Notes: a model not told the origin generated them from the letters alone. A stretch of 41,392 nucleotides of DNA from Perkinsus chesapeaki ATCC PRA-425 (GCA_013115145.1 JAAPAO010000305.1:1-41392), one strand, 5' to 3'. Counted from the first letter of the stretch, positions 20,777 to 33,791 are shown. Translations and numbers: made by a program.

Positions 20777-22435
20777 TCAAAATGTAATAGGTCCTACGGA
20801 CACTAGTCGATGTCTGATACTCCACGAAGGTCTCCAGCATACCAGAGTTATCCAAGCGTGTAGGGTTACTCCAGAAGAGAACTCCCATCTGTTGAGAAGA
20901 TTATCGGCAGTGGCGATGGTCATGTCGAAAGCGATACTCGCACCAGCAATCAAAGTAGAATGGCTCACTCCGATTTTACCATAAACAGTCACAACGTTCT
21001 TGGGGGCAATAGTCAGTCCGATCTCGGCACTGAGGGTGAAGTCAATAATGCTGCCAATAATTTGTGCCCTGACACTGAATGATACGGAAGCTCCGACAGA
21101 TGCAGCCAGGGCCCCGGTGCCGCTCGAGTATTGTCCACTACCAGAAGCTGTCAGACACAGAGTAATGCGTAAGAATATACCCTCACCCATTTGCCACACT
21201 ATAGCACACCCTGCAGCTGTGACAGATAAGCCAAGATGTAGATCCTTGTTGTCGGGACTCAAAGAGTACCTTGCAGCCAGTGAGAATTCTAGCATCCGCT
21301 CCGGTTGGACCACATCGGGAAATCTAATGCCCACGCTGAGGCTCAAGGACGCCTGTAAACCGCTTCCATCACAATTGGCGAAAATACATATCTCATCCTT
21401 GCTGCCTCTGTCTTCACATGATAAAGGGAGTTGGAAATCAAAAAGAGTCATGAGCTTTCGCGGGCGGTTGCCGAGCTTGCCGAAATAACGAGCCGCAGCT
21501 GTTCCTTCCTCGATAGTGAAGTACGGTATAATTTCAGAGGACCGAAGACGCCGATGAGGCATCCAGTCTGCTGCATCCGGTGGGTGGCTGAAGTCGGTCG
21601 GTGTATAGCCGGAGAGAAGCTCGCCGCGCCAGTTCGAAAAGCCGTCGTCGAGGTCTTCGCGTTTCGGGTCGTCTGTTGCTTTGAGGACATTCTTGATACC
21701 GTACATCTCGTTCAACCGGTGGCGAGCATCTTCGGCAGATAACTGACCACTTTTCCTCTCGAAATTTGAGAACTTCATCTCTTGATGAACCACGTGATCA
21801 TGTCCACCATTCGTGGCTATAAGGTATACTGGCTTCTCATTGCGCTCATCCATATAGAGAGTCCAAGTGTCCGGTGCTAAGTTAGCCAAATATATACCAG
21901 AGAGGTTCGCACCAGTGGCGTTATCAACACCTTGGAAGCTTTCCTTGACCCATTCGTTAACCATCGCACCATCCTTCTTGACCGAGCCCCGAAAAAGCCA
22001 TCCATCATTCACAAGTGACGTAAAACCAGAGAGAGCAGGCGGGGCTGTACGGAAACGAGAAGCTGTCTGGCCAACGAGGTGGGACTCGCCATTCAAGATA
22101 TGTTCCACTATGAAAGAGTCAGCCGTCATAGTGTTGATGAAATACTGGTAGGGGTAGCTGGGGTGTGCTTCGACTTTGACCTCCGACCCATCACTTGCTA
22201 TAATCACGTGAGACCTTGTGGTGAGGGTACCATCCTCCATACCGGGTAGAGTGAGTCCAGCAGTCTCGAAGGCAATTGAACGGCTGCATGAAGCGGGATT
22301 CCCTTTGGCATCTTGAAGGCCGTCGATGCAGTGTCGCTTAGTCTCAACTTGGAACTCGTAATTATAATCGGCCACATTAGCGGCAATAATGACAGAAATG
22401 AAATAATGAGGGATCAAGAAGGTAGCTCTGGACAT
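20777..22435 (-). CDS. Secreted 552-aa protein: possible ependymin/LolA-like N-domain, basic processing-like sites, beta-strand-rich C-domain
   Basis: Long intronless ORF with a signal-like N-terminus; NEW...TWTLYMD...PVYL...FSNF pattern; HRRLR and RPRKL; alternating small/hydrophobic strands in the last ~190 aa. Fold calls are inference. Confidence 0.8.
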   Translation of the reverse strand: MSRATFLIPHYFISVIIAANVADYNYEFQVETKRHCIDGLQDAKGNPASCSRSIAFETAGLTLPGMEDGTLTTRSHVIIASDGSEVKVEAHPSYPYQYFINTMTADSFIVEHILNGESHLVGQTASRFRTAPPALSGFTSLVNDGWLFRGSVKKDGAMVNEWVKESFQGVDNATGANLSGIYLANLAPDTWTLYMDERNEKPVYLIATNGGHDHVVHQEMKFSNFERKSGQLSAEDARHRLNEMYGIKNVLKATDDPKREDLDDGFSNWRGELLSGYTPTDFSHPPDAADWMPHRRLRSSEIIPYFTIEEGTAAARYFGKLGNRPRKLMTLFDFQLPLSCEDRGSKDEICIFANCDGSGLQASLSLSVGIRFPDVVQPERMLEFSLAARYSLSPDNKDLHLGLSVTAAGCAIVWQMGEGIFLRITLCLTASGSGQYSSGTGALAASVGASVSFSVRAQIIGSIIDFTLSAEIGLTIAPKNVVTVYGKIGVSHSTLIAGASIAFDMTIATADNLLNRWEFSSGVTLHAWITLVCWRPSWSIRHRLVSVGPITF

Positions 22436-23939
22436 TCAACGCTCTTGTTTGAAGCAGAACCTTGAATGAACTAACGTCAATTAGGATACGTCGAAATTAT
22501 GCCACAGGGCTACATGGAGTACTCAAACTACAAGGCTTGCGCCTCATAATTGGAGAAGCGAAGAACTCGAGTTTTTCGCTTTGTTTCAAGCATTCGGCGG
22601 CTAAGCGACCGCATGCGTGCAGCTGCGAAATTATTTCCCGGGCAATACTGATACGATGAGAGCGGGAATGCGCAACCTCATCAACGATATGAAGCGATAA
22701 CAGTGTAACGGATAACTGCTCGGAGGGTCCTTGTCTTTGCGAACGTTCACGCTGTCGAAATCATCCTCCGTCACTCGCTGGTGACAGTGGCCACGGCCGT
22801 CACCACTGGTGACACACCAACTTGGTAAACCAGTCTGGCTTTCAAGGGTGAAAGCTTTCGGCTTTCTTGAATTCAAAGTGAACTCAAGACGATCGAAGGA
22901 TGCCCGCTCAGATCTGAGCAGTATATTCGCTGGGGCTTCGAGGCAACTTCTAGGGGGTTCTTCAAAGTTCGCAAACGGTGCTTACGCTGACCACGATCAC
23001 CACCTGACCGGTCGTCGGTGATATCAAGTCGGTAGTCACAACTAGCGCACTGCAATAGCTGCAAAGCTTATCACCTCGCGGGCTTCGGTGAGTAAATACT
23101 TAGGGTTCTCAGCCTATTGGGTCCCCCCAAAGGGACTAAAGAACCGAATTGGTCAGTAGCGTGAGGACGGTCCTCCGCACGGCTTGAACCTCCACGGAGC
23201 CCTCAGCACGCTGAACGCATACCACCATTGCAATTCAATGATCGCCAACAAGCAATTCGAAGTGCTCTAGTGGGAACATCAGCGATTTGACTGTTGAATT
23301 GTGATGTTACATCGCAGTCCACTGCCTTTCAAGGCAGACATCAATGACAGATCGATCACCAAACGCTGGTGACTAACGCATCTTCGATCTTCGTATCCAA
23401 TACTAGCAAACAGTGCCGAGTCAAGTCAATGTGATCGGAAGTTCCGATCTCATTGGTATTGCTCGAGGCCCCCATAACGCGCCGGTCACTAGTGAAACTT
23501 CACCAGTTGCGTGAGTTATACCCTCCTAGCCTGGCCTAAAGCCGGGTCCCATCGCCGAGGCCTCAGAGTAGCTGGCTTTGCATTCCGATATGTACTTAAT
23601 GGCCAATCTATGGCCGAATTCAATTCAATACTCCTGCCCGTATTGACGTAAGATACATCGTTTTGAGCGCGAATTAGTCTCGCGGCTACTACTGAGTGCT
23701 ACGGCGACATCCATATCCAACAATTAACAGGAACTCTACCGACATCGCTCCACGTTCCGCCGTGAAGCTCGTGGAGCTCGTCTTGCATCCAGCTTTTGAT
23801 CATCAATTCGACTATCTTCCTTCAGAACGTCCCCTGGGTTAGATATTCTCATCAACGGTGTCTCTTATTGTGTGATGTGTGGATATTAAAGGTCAATCAA
23901 TGCTAATAATAAAACGCTTCGACGCATATTGAGAATTAT

Positions 23940-26830
23940 ACGTCTCTCGTTGCAGTAGTGACAAGGTGTAGACTACTGAGTACGAATATTCCAAATAAGC
24001 TTGAATGATGATGGGGAGAAGAGGACGGATGAGAATATAGACGTCGACGTGGCCTTATAGTCTGGGGTTCAGAATCTCCACGCCAAAGTACACGATGGAT
24101 TCGAAATTTCATAGCCGTGCTTCTACAGGTGCTTCTGTAAGCGAGTTGCTTAGCAAATAACATATGCTCTAGACCTCCTGACGAAGCTACCGATGGTATC
24201 CGGTGAAGCGACTTGAGCTCCACCGTATCATGGGCAGCTAGTTTGTGGAACCGAGAGTCATGTCAAGGTCGGTCACAGTTCCCATATCGGCAGAAAATGT
24301 CCAAGTGTAGAGCTGCCTAGCCACGATTGGAAGCGCTGGGAGGTGCGAAGCAATATCACAGAGAATCGAAAAGATATCAACTCAACGAGTCGAAAGAACT
24401 GAAGAGTACTGCAGCTGAGTAGCACCACAGTGGCATGGTATCTCCTCGTCTAGCGAACTCTGACAAACGTCAGCTCGCCAGCTCAAGTTCTCACTGGAGC
24501 AGCTGACGTTGTTCACAGGTCCCGCAGTGGGTCAGAGTAAGCCAGTGTGATTCTGAGCTGTAGAAGTGGACCTACAGTGCGAAAGGTTAGCGGTTGGCAA
24601 CGGTTGAAGCCAAATATGTACGAAAGATGTCCGCAGCATGCAAGACAACTCACCCGATCAGGACCTGCAAGTCTGGCAATTCGTCGGGCATTTGATCAGC
24701 ACAGCCTCCGAACTGCCTCTCCGTCAGCATCTTAGTGAGGCTCTCGAGAAAGCTAGGCAATCCTTTTTTGTGTAGTCTTTGAGCACGCAAGACAAGTTCG
24801 CTGAGTTCCGCACTGCTCAACCGCGGAGCTCTCTCGCAGCGTGCTGTGTAGTCGCTAACGCTTAAGCGGTCCTTGTACCGATCACAGTGCTTCCTCGCAA
24901 GAGCTGGCATGTTATTAGGACCCTGAGGAGGATACCAGATACCTTCCCTATATCCATACAGATGATCATGCAGAGATACGAGGCTGCTCTCCGGCGAGGC
25001 CAACGACCTACATTCAGTGGCTTATCAGGCAGAGGCAAGCAAGCCGATCCGACAAGAGCCGAACGGTCTTGAGCATCTCGCATAATGTTACCAGCTACCC
25101 ATACAGGGTACTCTTGCCTCGGTGGCAATCCAGACCACACGCGCTGTAGTGGAAATACACCTTGGAGCATCGTTGGATCTCGAACAAGTCTAAGTTACAC
25201 AGAGATCTTGGCACGACCGCGGGGCAGATATCAAGTCCAGCATTCGAAGTGCACGACCTCTGGCTCATTAGTATACTTTTTACTTCAGTTCCACAGCTCC
25301 ACAGTTTTTATCAGCTTCAGCATCGCAATATTCCTTAATCAGACAGCTCTTCCCGCCGGACAAGTGTTTCCACGGCTGAGTCAAACCGTACTCCTTCTGT
25401 CCTTTCCAGCAAAGCACCCAACAGTGCCTGATACGAGCCTTGTAGATGGCCGATGTCATCCCAAATTCGAATAACATTCGCAAAAAGATTTCGGTGAAGA
25501 GCAATTTTCGTGCAAGGCCCTGTCGGTCGCAGCTCTGCGAGTGGGTGACTTTGGGGAAGCCGGATGGCGGCTACTCACACAGTTTTCCCGGAGAACTTTT
25601 TGTCGTTGCAGCTGAACCGTCCTCCGCTATGCTGGAGATGATCTAGTAGGTGCCGCATGGTTAACCCTGACTTCCGACTCTGACTGGCATTCCGGAGCAA
25701 AGTACCGGTGCTCTTGGCCTTGGGAAGTACTATGTTGATGTCCAAGTCAGAGTCTACCAAATCCCATTTCCCACTGGGCATACGACCAAAGAACGCTCCA
25801 TGGCGAAGGATAGATATAGCGTTCCCTTGAGTGACCCAATACCTATCGAGCTGGAGATGCCTGGCCGAGGTGCTAATTTAGAGTTCACCTTAAACCACAT
25901 CCAATGTGCTCCAGCACGTGTAGAGCGAATCTGTATCTGGTCATAAGGATGGGCTCCGATTCCGCGCAGAGAACTATCGGAAACTCAAACGCGAGCAGCC
26001 CATTCCACAAATGCACGCGAATCTCTCTAATGTACACTTGGGCTCCCCTGTAGAGATCTCAGGTGGAGACTTTGAGAAGCCCCAGATTCTGAGGTGAATT
26101 GATTCTGAGAAGAGAATGTGTTTCTGGGGCCCAGAACCATATTGCCTAGCCGGAGTCGCGCTGGTCCCCCAAACTCTACATGGGAAAAGGATCACATCAA
26201 CTCATCACTGTTGAGTTTACGCCCAGCTGGACTCTCACAGCGGCTGCTATACACCTGTGCGTCGTGACCACGTTTGCCACATTGTCGCGTGAGCACTTGG
26301 ATGTGTCAGACAGTATGCTTCCAAATCGACTCTAAGGCCAGCCACACTGGCTGTCTACCTGTCACTTTGGTACTCCATGAACGGAGTGTACTCGTCGTTC
26401 TCGAAGTCAGGGGCGTCCGATGGGATATCTCGACTCTTCACCATGCGGAAGGATTCCTCAAGGCATCTTGCTGGAATGGGCTCGAGATTGCAAAACGTAT
26501 CCGGGTCTGCTGGTAAATAAATTCCAGCTTCTTCATTCGGTTCCGGAAAGCCTCCGCAGAGAGTGTTGTCCTCCACGGTGCCTTTCACCACATCCTCAAA
26601 TGAGCACGTGAAATTGGGCTTGGTCGAGGCGAAGCGGAACTCCGGAAAGAATCTGGCGCATCCAGTGCTGATGGCCTCGATGTCAACCTCGTTCTCCAAG
26701 GAAGCCATCGGGTTGTTGGTCCGGAGTAGCAGTTGCCAGGCGCCAGGTCGCAGCAGTAGGGAGGCTGAAATCGGAAGCTTGCCTTCGTCATGACCGCGAT
26801 TCCGTGTCAACGCAGCTGCTCCCATTTACT
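23940..26830 (-). mobile_element. Probable decayed retroelement pol-like remnant
   Basis: About 3 kb of stop-riddled coding-like sequence. Weak RT-like DLYRGAQVYIREIRVHLWNGLLAFEFPIV (~25960-26060) lies upstream of an H..CxxC-like segment (RLHKKG...SCLAC, ~24640-24780). No LTRs or intact motifs found. Confidence 0.25.
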
Positions 26831-28389
26831 TGTTCCAGCCAGAACAGTTGCAAGTAATATCAGCCGCCCCACTCTAACGAGCCTAGCTTTCCAAGTGAGC
26901 TCGGTTATTGCCGTTGCTGTTGCCATGTATTGCGATACGTCCAATGAGTCAACTGAGCTTGGTTGATTCGTTGGCAGTGCCCAACTCAACCACTGCCAAC
27001 TTGGCAGGTGGCCTTCAACAGTGACCGTGTCGCGGCAAGCTCAAGATTGGCGCGTCGAGTAGAAGTCTTGCCGTTATTAACAAAAAAACACAACACCGTT
27101 TTGTGAACAAGTGAGAAAAGCTACACAGCAAAGGAAAACTTACTACACCCTGCGTCTCGCTTGGCACTTCGAAGTGGCGAGAGACAATCAATTGTACCAG
27201 GCTTTCGCGGTGAAGTATCGGAGCTTTCTCAGCAGAACTCGCAAGCATGCAGGGTTTACGTGGACCCATTCACATAATAAGCTCTGGTCACCCCACCCGA
27301 TCCGCAAGAGTTCTAGAATCGGATATCGGCAATCCGGGAAATAGTAAGGCTCTGGTAACACACGTATATCTGCTCTTCTTCCTGGCCTTGAGTCGCGGAT
27401 CTGCTTGTATTGAGTTCGCAGCTCGACTACGAGCAAGCCTGGCAGTGCGGAAAGGCGATAATTAATAGTCAATTGACTTGTGCAACGATTGCCCAACGTC
27501 GGCTATTCTGAGTCAGCTATTGCCGAAACCGGCACCCAAAAGCCGCTCGACCAGCCACGAGCAACTCATACTAGAGCCGATGAGGTGGACTCAGTCCACT
27601 GGACTGCAAAGTCTCGCTATTGGTAGGTATGATCTCTTGGACATTGTGCCAGTTGTACACAACAGAGACGAGGAACCAAGGCCAATGATAATTACATGTT
27701 CTATACGATGTCGAGAAGCGGCAAGGGCAAACAAAGTGGAGTGTTTATCAACGTCTTGAAGTTCAGAGTCCGCTAGTGCCTACGGGGTCATCGGAAAAGT
27801 GGTCACGTTAAGTGCGACTTCATGTGGGTCTCAAGTTCAGCGGTTATTGATGAGAAACTCAACAATTTGTGAAATATAAGCAAGTGCGGCAAACAACCAT
27901 AGAATTCTTACGGTTACAAACTGCGACTCCGACCTCCTCAAGATGGACCTGTCAGACCATTTACGATTGCAGCAAGCATGCTAGTTCCTGAAACGCGCAA
28001 AGTTTCCCGTTTTTTGGACATGTTGTTATGAGCATGACGTGCACTTGGGAAGCACAGCTTCATTGCTCTGACCTTGTAAGACCCACAAGCTAATCACAAA
28101 GCAGCCATAACGAATCAAATCTCACGGAAATACTGTCATGGAGTACCCAAGGAGACTCTTCCCACAGGTCCTACAGAAAGATTTTATATGCCCTACGGCA
28201 TATGGTATCCTCACTATTATACCGATTTTCGCCAAAATATCTCGAAACGGCTAGAAACGTCCTTATGACGATCACCATTCATTATCTATAGTAAAACGAT
28301 GAGTTTTCAAAGCTAGGAGATGATCTGATCGAGCTTCGAAGTTCGGATACATTCGGGCCGATATGTGATCGAAACTCACCGTGGTAACT

Positions 28390-29351
28390 TCACAGGGGGC
28401 TTCCCGCCTCGGTGACTATCTTCAAAACGGCACCATTGGTTTCGACAAGTCTAATTACGGGCGGCGCACAGCACGCGCAGATGGGTGGCGCTCTGAAAAC
28501 AGAGAGCATGAATTGACTTGGATTCGGAGAGCGCTTACGTTCCCGGCAAGGTGACGAAATGCCCACTTGCGCCGGCCGCTTCGGCCAACTGCCTGTAGTG
28601 AGCGAGCCAGATATTGTGGCAGGTTTTATGATAACTGCATCACACTCCATGGAGGTCCTCCTTCAAGCGAGCTCACATTCGTTGATCACATCCGCTGCAC
28701 GCCAGAAGAGAGGGTCCCCGTATGCCAGGCTTGAAACACACAGGGCACTGATGTGACCGTGACGCGGCTTGGTCGCTCTCAATACGCTCGAATAGCTTTG
28801 GTCTCCTCAGCGCTTCGGCCACAGCCTGCCTTGCTGTTGGCAGTCTCAGAACTTGCACGTACACGAACAGTATGTGCCTGGGACACAGCAAGCTGCGTTT
28901 CGAATGAGGATTGGGAACGTCCATGAGAGCGCTAGACAATTCGCGGTGGTGCACGATCTTCTGGCTTCAGGCTATCGCCGTGGCGTCACATAGCACAGCA
29001 ATTGCTCATCTTGAATCTGTCTCAAACGTGGATCAACCTCTGAGGCCTGTTTCAGTAGACGATTTCCCCGGCTTACTCGCAGCAGAAGTCCGGCGCGCTG
29101 ACAAACGCTGGACAGTCGCAAGACGGCGTGGAGGAGGACGAAATGTTTACAGTGAACTGCTCACTGCTATCGTTGACAATGCGGAACTGATGAGCGATCG
29201 CCGGTCGTTCTTCCTGATAGGAATCATCTACGGCCCTCTCCGATGCACCCGAGAAATCTTGGACGACCCGCGCCAGTTTTACAGTTCCTTTGTCTCGAAA
29301 AGTTCGAGATTTTTTTTGTCGTAACTTGTAGAGTACACAGTTCACGAGCAT
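28390..29351 (-). CDS. SWIM zinc finger plus RING-variant (C4HC3) protein, ZSWIM2/MEKK1-N-like architecture; exons ...-29077, 28877-28677, 28634-28539, 28492-28390; 5' end uncertain (possible first ATG 29756)
   Basis: Three phase-2 introns (199, 42, 46 nt) assemble SCDCPAF...CCE|HILFVYVQVL (SWIM) and CPVC...LLACSGCDQRI|YHKTCHNIW...T|APPICACC (RING-variant with H-x2-C-x3-W). Confidence 0.8.
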
Positions 29352-30164
29352 GACGATCGTTCAACGACTGGGAGACGATCATTATAATCGTTAGTCCAAA
29401 GAGTCGCTAATAGTTCAACGATTATCGTTCTATCCCTTTCTCTCTCGAATCCCCCATAATCGAGTTAGAAGCAGCGCTCATCGGACATTATGGAGATTCT
29501 TTCTTCATCGGTCAGAACGATTGCTACTTCGAAGAATTGCGGGAAAGCTCAGGAAAAATATAGCTTCCAAGGGTCTAAACTAGCACGAAGAAGTTTGATT
29601 CGCTCATTCGCTCTGCCGCCTTTTCCGTATACATGGGACTACCCACCTCAGCGGAGTAAAAGAAGCTTACCTCCCCAGGGGCTGCGAAGCCAACTGAGTC
29701 TCTTCCAAGCAACCGAAGGGTACTGCTGCTTGCCGAGCTCTCCGCGCAGGGCTCATTCGCGCCTAATAGAGAGATCCACCAGCACACGAGATTAGTGCGA
29801 GTGCAAAGCAACTGCAAAACACCTTTTGCGCCGATTTATAACCAGCGGAATTTAGTCTCGGGAAAACCGAGGAGTCTTCCAAACCAACTTGACCCATATT
29901 AATATTTTGCTCTTTGCCTTTCAGGAATCTATTTCGCGAGTGAGGAAATCAATTCCGGGCTGTACTTTTAACTACACAGACAATCTGAATGCTAGAAATT
30001 GCACAATGTGCGAGGGCGCCTCACTGAAGCCTGGCGCAACTCTGCATCTAACTTCCACAAACGACGTGAATGGGTTATTGCAGCTACTGGGTATGCCTTG
30101 AATCCTTTGTCATATAAACATACATTATAACGTGCAAAGACATATGGTATGTCACACATCAACA

Positions 30165-31697
30165 TCACAATTGAATAGCCGTCCGCGCCAAGGCTGCAGC
30201 TTCGTAGAATGTCGCGCAGTTGTTGACGAAGTTAAGGACCTTTTCATGGAAGGTTTTTGAATATTTTTTTGTGCGGTTAAAAGTACGGCACGAAAATGAT
30301 TTCCTTAATTGCGAAATTGGTGGCCTTAAGCGCGAAGTAGATTTGTGAACGGTATAGATTTCACAGGTGTGATTTGGTCGAGCCGAAGTAAAGAAGAACG
30401 CCACGAGAAGAAGCCCGTGTCTGTCGGCGGTCTGTCGAACCAGCAACCCGCCTGGGTTGCTACTGTGCGGTTTGGCGGCAATGCCTACGCTATCAAACGA
30501 AAGAGTGATCATTACGAATAATGATACCGACGAAATAATATTCACAATTTCTATTAACTTGCAACCCTTGCGAGAAGACTTGTGTACGCGTAAGTGAGCC
30601 CGACGTTTCAGGTGAGCCTACCGCGCAGTTCTCGACCGGACAGCGGGTGCAGCAAGTTCCGCGGAAGGTTTACTCCGCCACCACAACTGCTGCTCGTGGA
30701 CGGACTGGAAGGTGAACGCGCGGCAGACGGGGAGCCGGGCGAGGACGTCGATGAGTTGATGGACTCTCCAAGCTCACTGTGCGCCAGGGAGAGAGCTGCA
30801 ACAAGTACCTGAGCACGTGCACATGCCCATGAGACGGCCTGAGGAAATGAGGAGACTATCAATTATACTGTCCTGCCAATGTGAGGAATTGCTCAGTTGT
30901 GTTAGCAGAGGCAAAAACTAATAATGAGCACGATGAATAGAAATCCACGCAGAGCCTCCAATACCGGAAGGACGGCACAACTACCCCCAGAAGGTCGATC
31001 AGAAAAGTTCCCTCAAGAGCCATTCATGGGACCGAAGGCAACCTTCCCTGATAGCTGCAGCTCGTCCGCTTAATCACAACTAGGAGATACCATCCCTCAC
31101 TCTTTGCCGCAATGCCTCCGGTCTGCTCCTCAATAACGGTAATAAGACAGCCGATATTTGAGCATCGGTGAACTTGCTGAATATCGTGTTGACCACCTGA
31201 TCGATACGAAGTTGGTGTTGATGATCACAGCTGGATTACATACACTTTTTAGCCATGTTAATAAGGAATAAGATTTCCGAAAATCGATTCGGCGCTCGTA
31301 ATTCAAGCCTTAAGATACATTTGTTGAGTAGATTTGATTAAAATCCGAGGAAGGCTAAATAGGTCTCCTCGAAGCAAGGAAAAATTCCTAATTCTTTTCC
31401 TTCCAAATTTCAGTTTTACATATTAGTCTTCATGCGTTCAGCTCGCAGTTGATAAGTATTTAAAGCGCAGTGTATACAAGCGGTCCTCGCAGGCAGATCT
31501 TGGTAACCAAATTTCGGTAGACCTTTGACACACTAGCACGGGAGTGTCTGCCAGTAGATACCAGAAACCCACTCCGGCCTCACGGAACTCACCCGCCAAT
31601 GCTCGGTGCTGCCCTGTGTCACCGATGACAGTCTCACGGGGGACCCTTGAGCTGGAGGTGGCCCCTCTGCTGGATAAGGCAAACGGATGTCGGACAT
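30165..31697 (-). CDS. Probable multi-exon hypothetical protein (Ser/Pro-rich segment)
   Basis: Exon 1 MSDIRLPYP...EHWR|GTGAGT (31697-31593); phase-compatible exons VVNTIFSKF...ALRQR, AVSWACARAQ...GRELR and GIAAKPHSS...AIQL*. One internal junction is unresolved. Confidence 0.45.
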
Positions 31698-32067
31698 TTT
31701 CTGGTTTTGTAAGCTATAAGTAATGGGGAACGAGACCAAGGGTCCGCCGGGGCAGCTTGGGCAAGTGCACTCTCAAGAGGGGAATGGCAGAGTAATTCCT
31801 ACCACTTCGATACAAGAGAGAATTGGACCGACTAGTGAGATGGACACAAAATAATTTCTTGAGCGGAAGAAATTCAATCGCCGAATGCGGGCCCTTGGGT
31901 GACACGGTGGTTGTATGAGCTCCCGAACGGCCTTCACAGCCTTAAGATTCCCGCCCCGTCCCGAAATGACGTCACGAAGACGGCGGGAGTGCGGACATTA
32001 TTATCATAACAAACATCTATTGATCTCATAATGAGAATAAATTCAAAATATTGAAGGTAAATGTAAG

Positions 32068-33791
32068 TCATAGTTCGTCACTCTCATCACTGCTCGTCAT
32101 ACCCGCCGGCTTCACCAACGGTACGTACTGGACCCCCATCAAGGGCGTCTTCGTCACCGCACCAGTCTCGTCCTTGTCCACTTGATAGAAGGTCTGAACA
32201 TCACATTACGAAGTCGCCACTTCCGAGCTCACCTGGAATCCACCGTAAGGGCCAACAGGAATCACCATTCTGCCGCCCCGCTTCATTTGCTCCACCAGGG
32301 CCTTCGGTACGCTCTCCGCTGCCGCTCCGACATGTATCGCATCATAGGGAGCTTTCGGCTCGTATCCGGCCCACCTGCACAGATTCGCCAGAATCAAAAT
32401 GCTCCATGGAAAACCTACACCAGTATGGGAAACGAAGGACCACAAACCGTCATTTCGCCGTACTGAAACGCACTGCATGTTAACACTCAGCGCTCGAGAT
32501 CTCAAGGGAGCCAGCAGCACTCACCCGTCGCTTTGGAGCAGCTTTAATCGTCCTGATTCCAACAGATCAGAATCCTTCTTTTTCACGTTGTCCAACGAGA
32601 AGTCGACCAGTGGACCGATGTAACTGAGCCACAACCGCCGCAATTGTCGCCCTGGTCGAGGCGGGACCTACTCGATGCCGATGACTCTGCTGGTCTCGCC
32701 GCCCATCCGCGCCATACACACTGCGAGGTACCCACTGCCGCTGCCGACGTCGAGGATTCTGAGCCAAAAGATTCTTTCGCGCCGTTGAGCGACAAGCACT
32801 CATAAGTTCATCGGAGTTACTGGAACGCAATCTGCTGCTTCGTTGACGACATTCGAACGACAACGAATTCGTTCCAGAATTTCTCGCGCGCCACTAATTT
32901 CCTAGATTCACCCTGATGATGCCCATCCAAGACTAGTATAAGATCGCCAGACTCTCCCCACCATGAGGATGTCAACCGAGTAGTTCACCTTCTTCCACCA
33001 CCGACGATAAACGGCTCCAGCAGCTCCAAAGCGTGCGCGTGCATGTGCGGAGCGCTGATTGTCGCACTGTGGCCGATGTACTGTGGCGAGTCCTCGTAGG
33101 CTCTCGATTTATCATTAACGTAGTTGCCTCGATCAACAGATTTCTGAAAAACGTTATGTGGTCTCAAGCCATGCGCACGCGTGCATGATGCTTTCGTGTA
33201 CAACTGGGCACGCTCAGCCAAGGGCCTTCCCAATTTTTCTCAGTGCATTCTGCACGCAGGTTGTCAGCAAAGATTCTAAACCGCGCAAAATTGCAAAAAT
33301 TCTTCACAGTGCGGTCCGGTTGAAGGTGGTAGAATTTTATCATCTTTTGGAGATAGTCTAGTAGGCCCCTCAGCCATCGTATCAAGTTTTCAACGCCTTG
33401 TGCAGTATGGCAATTTGCACAGTTTAGATGCAGCATACATTCGCTGCTCGCATCAACTAAAGCACATCCATCTCAGCGAACTGCCCCATCCCAAGATCTA
33501 ATTAATACGAGCCAAAAACAAACAACTAATTCGTTACGGTCTCGGCTTTTACAGATCTTGAAGTGCTGTACTGGAGATAGATACTAGAAGGCTCAAGAGG
33601 GAATAGGCTCCCGAGGAAGAAGGAAATGAGCATGCGTTTGAGCTGGGAGAATTAGATCTCCTCCTGCGCAACTCTGGCAGCAGGCACCCACCCACCATGG
33701 CCTGGAAGACAGCAGATGACGTTATAACACCGTTCCTTTGGAGATTTTCAATGAGACCATTATTCGACGTTGACGACGAACGCCAGGCCAT
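32068..33791 (-). CDS. PCMT1: Protein-L-isoaspartate O-methyltransferase (PIMT), 234 aa; exons 33791-33696, 33143-32989, 32758-32672, 32623-32525, 32374-32233, 32193-32068
   Basis: MAWRSS...[29 protein letters not shown] motif [40 protein letters not shown]. All five GT-AG introns are phase-consistent. Confidence 0.95.

Noticed and set aside
27111-27500. Tyrosine-recombinase-like HPIRK motif
   Set aside because: Single short motif, with no other catalytic residues at suitable spacing.
29889-30101. RanBP2-type zinc finger (CTFNY...NCTMC)
   Set aside because: Lacks the first W-x-C pair and I could not link it to a gene.
32570-32590. Apparent frameshift in PIMT exon 4
   Set aside because: Recounting the run (5 A on -) gives an intact VKKKDSDLL frame.
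32759-32772. Spliced-leader relic (ttttggctcag)
   Set aside because: Partial match that coincides with an ordinary intron acceptor.
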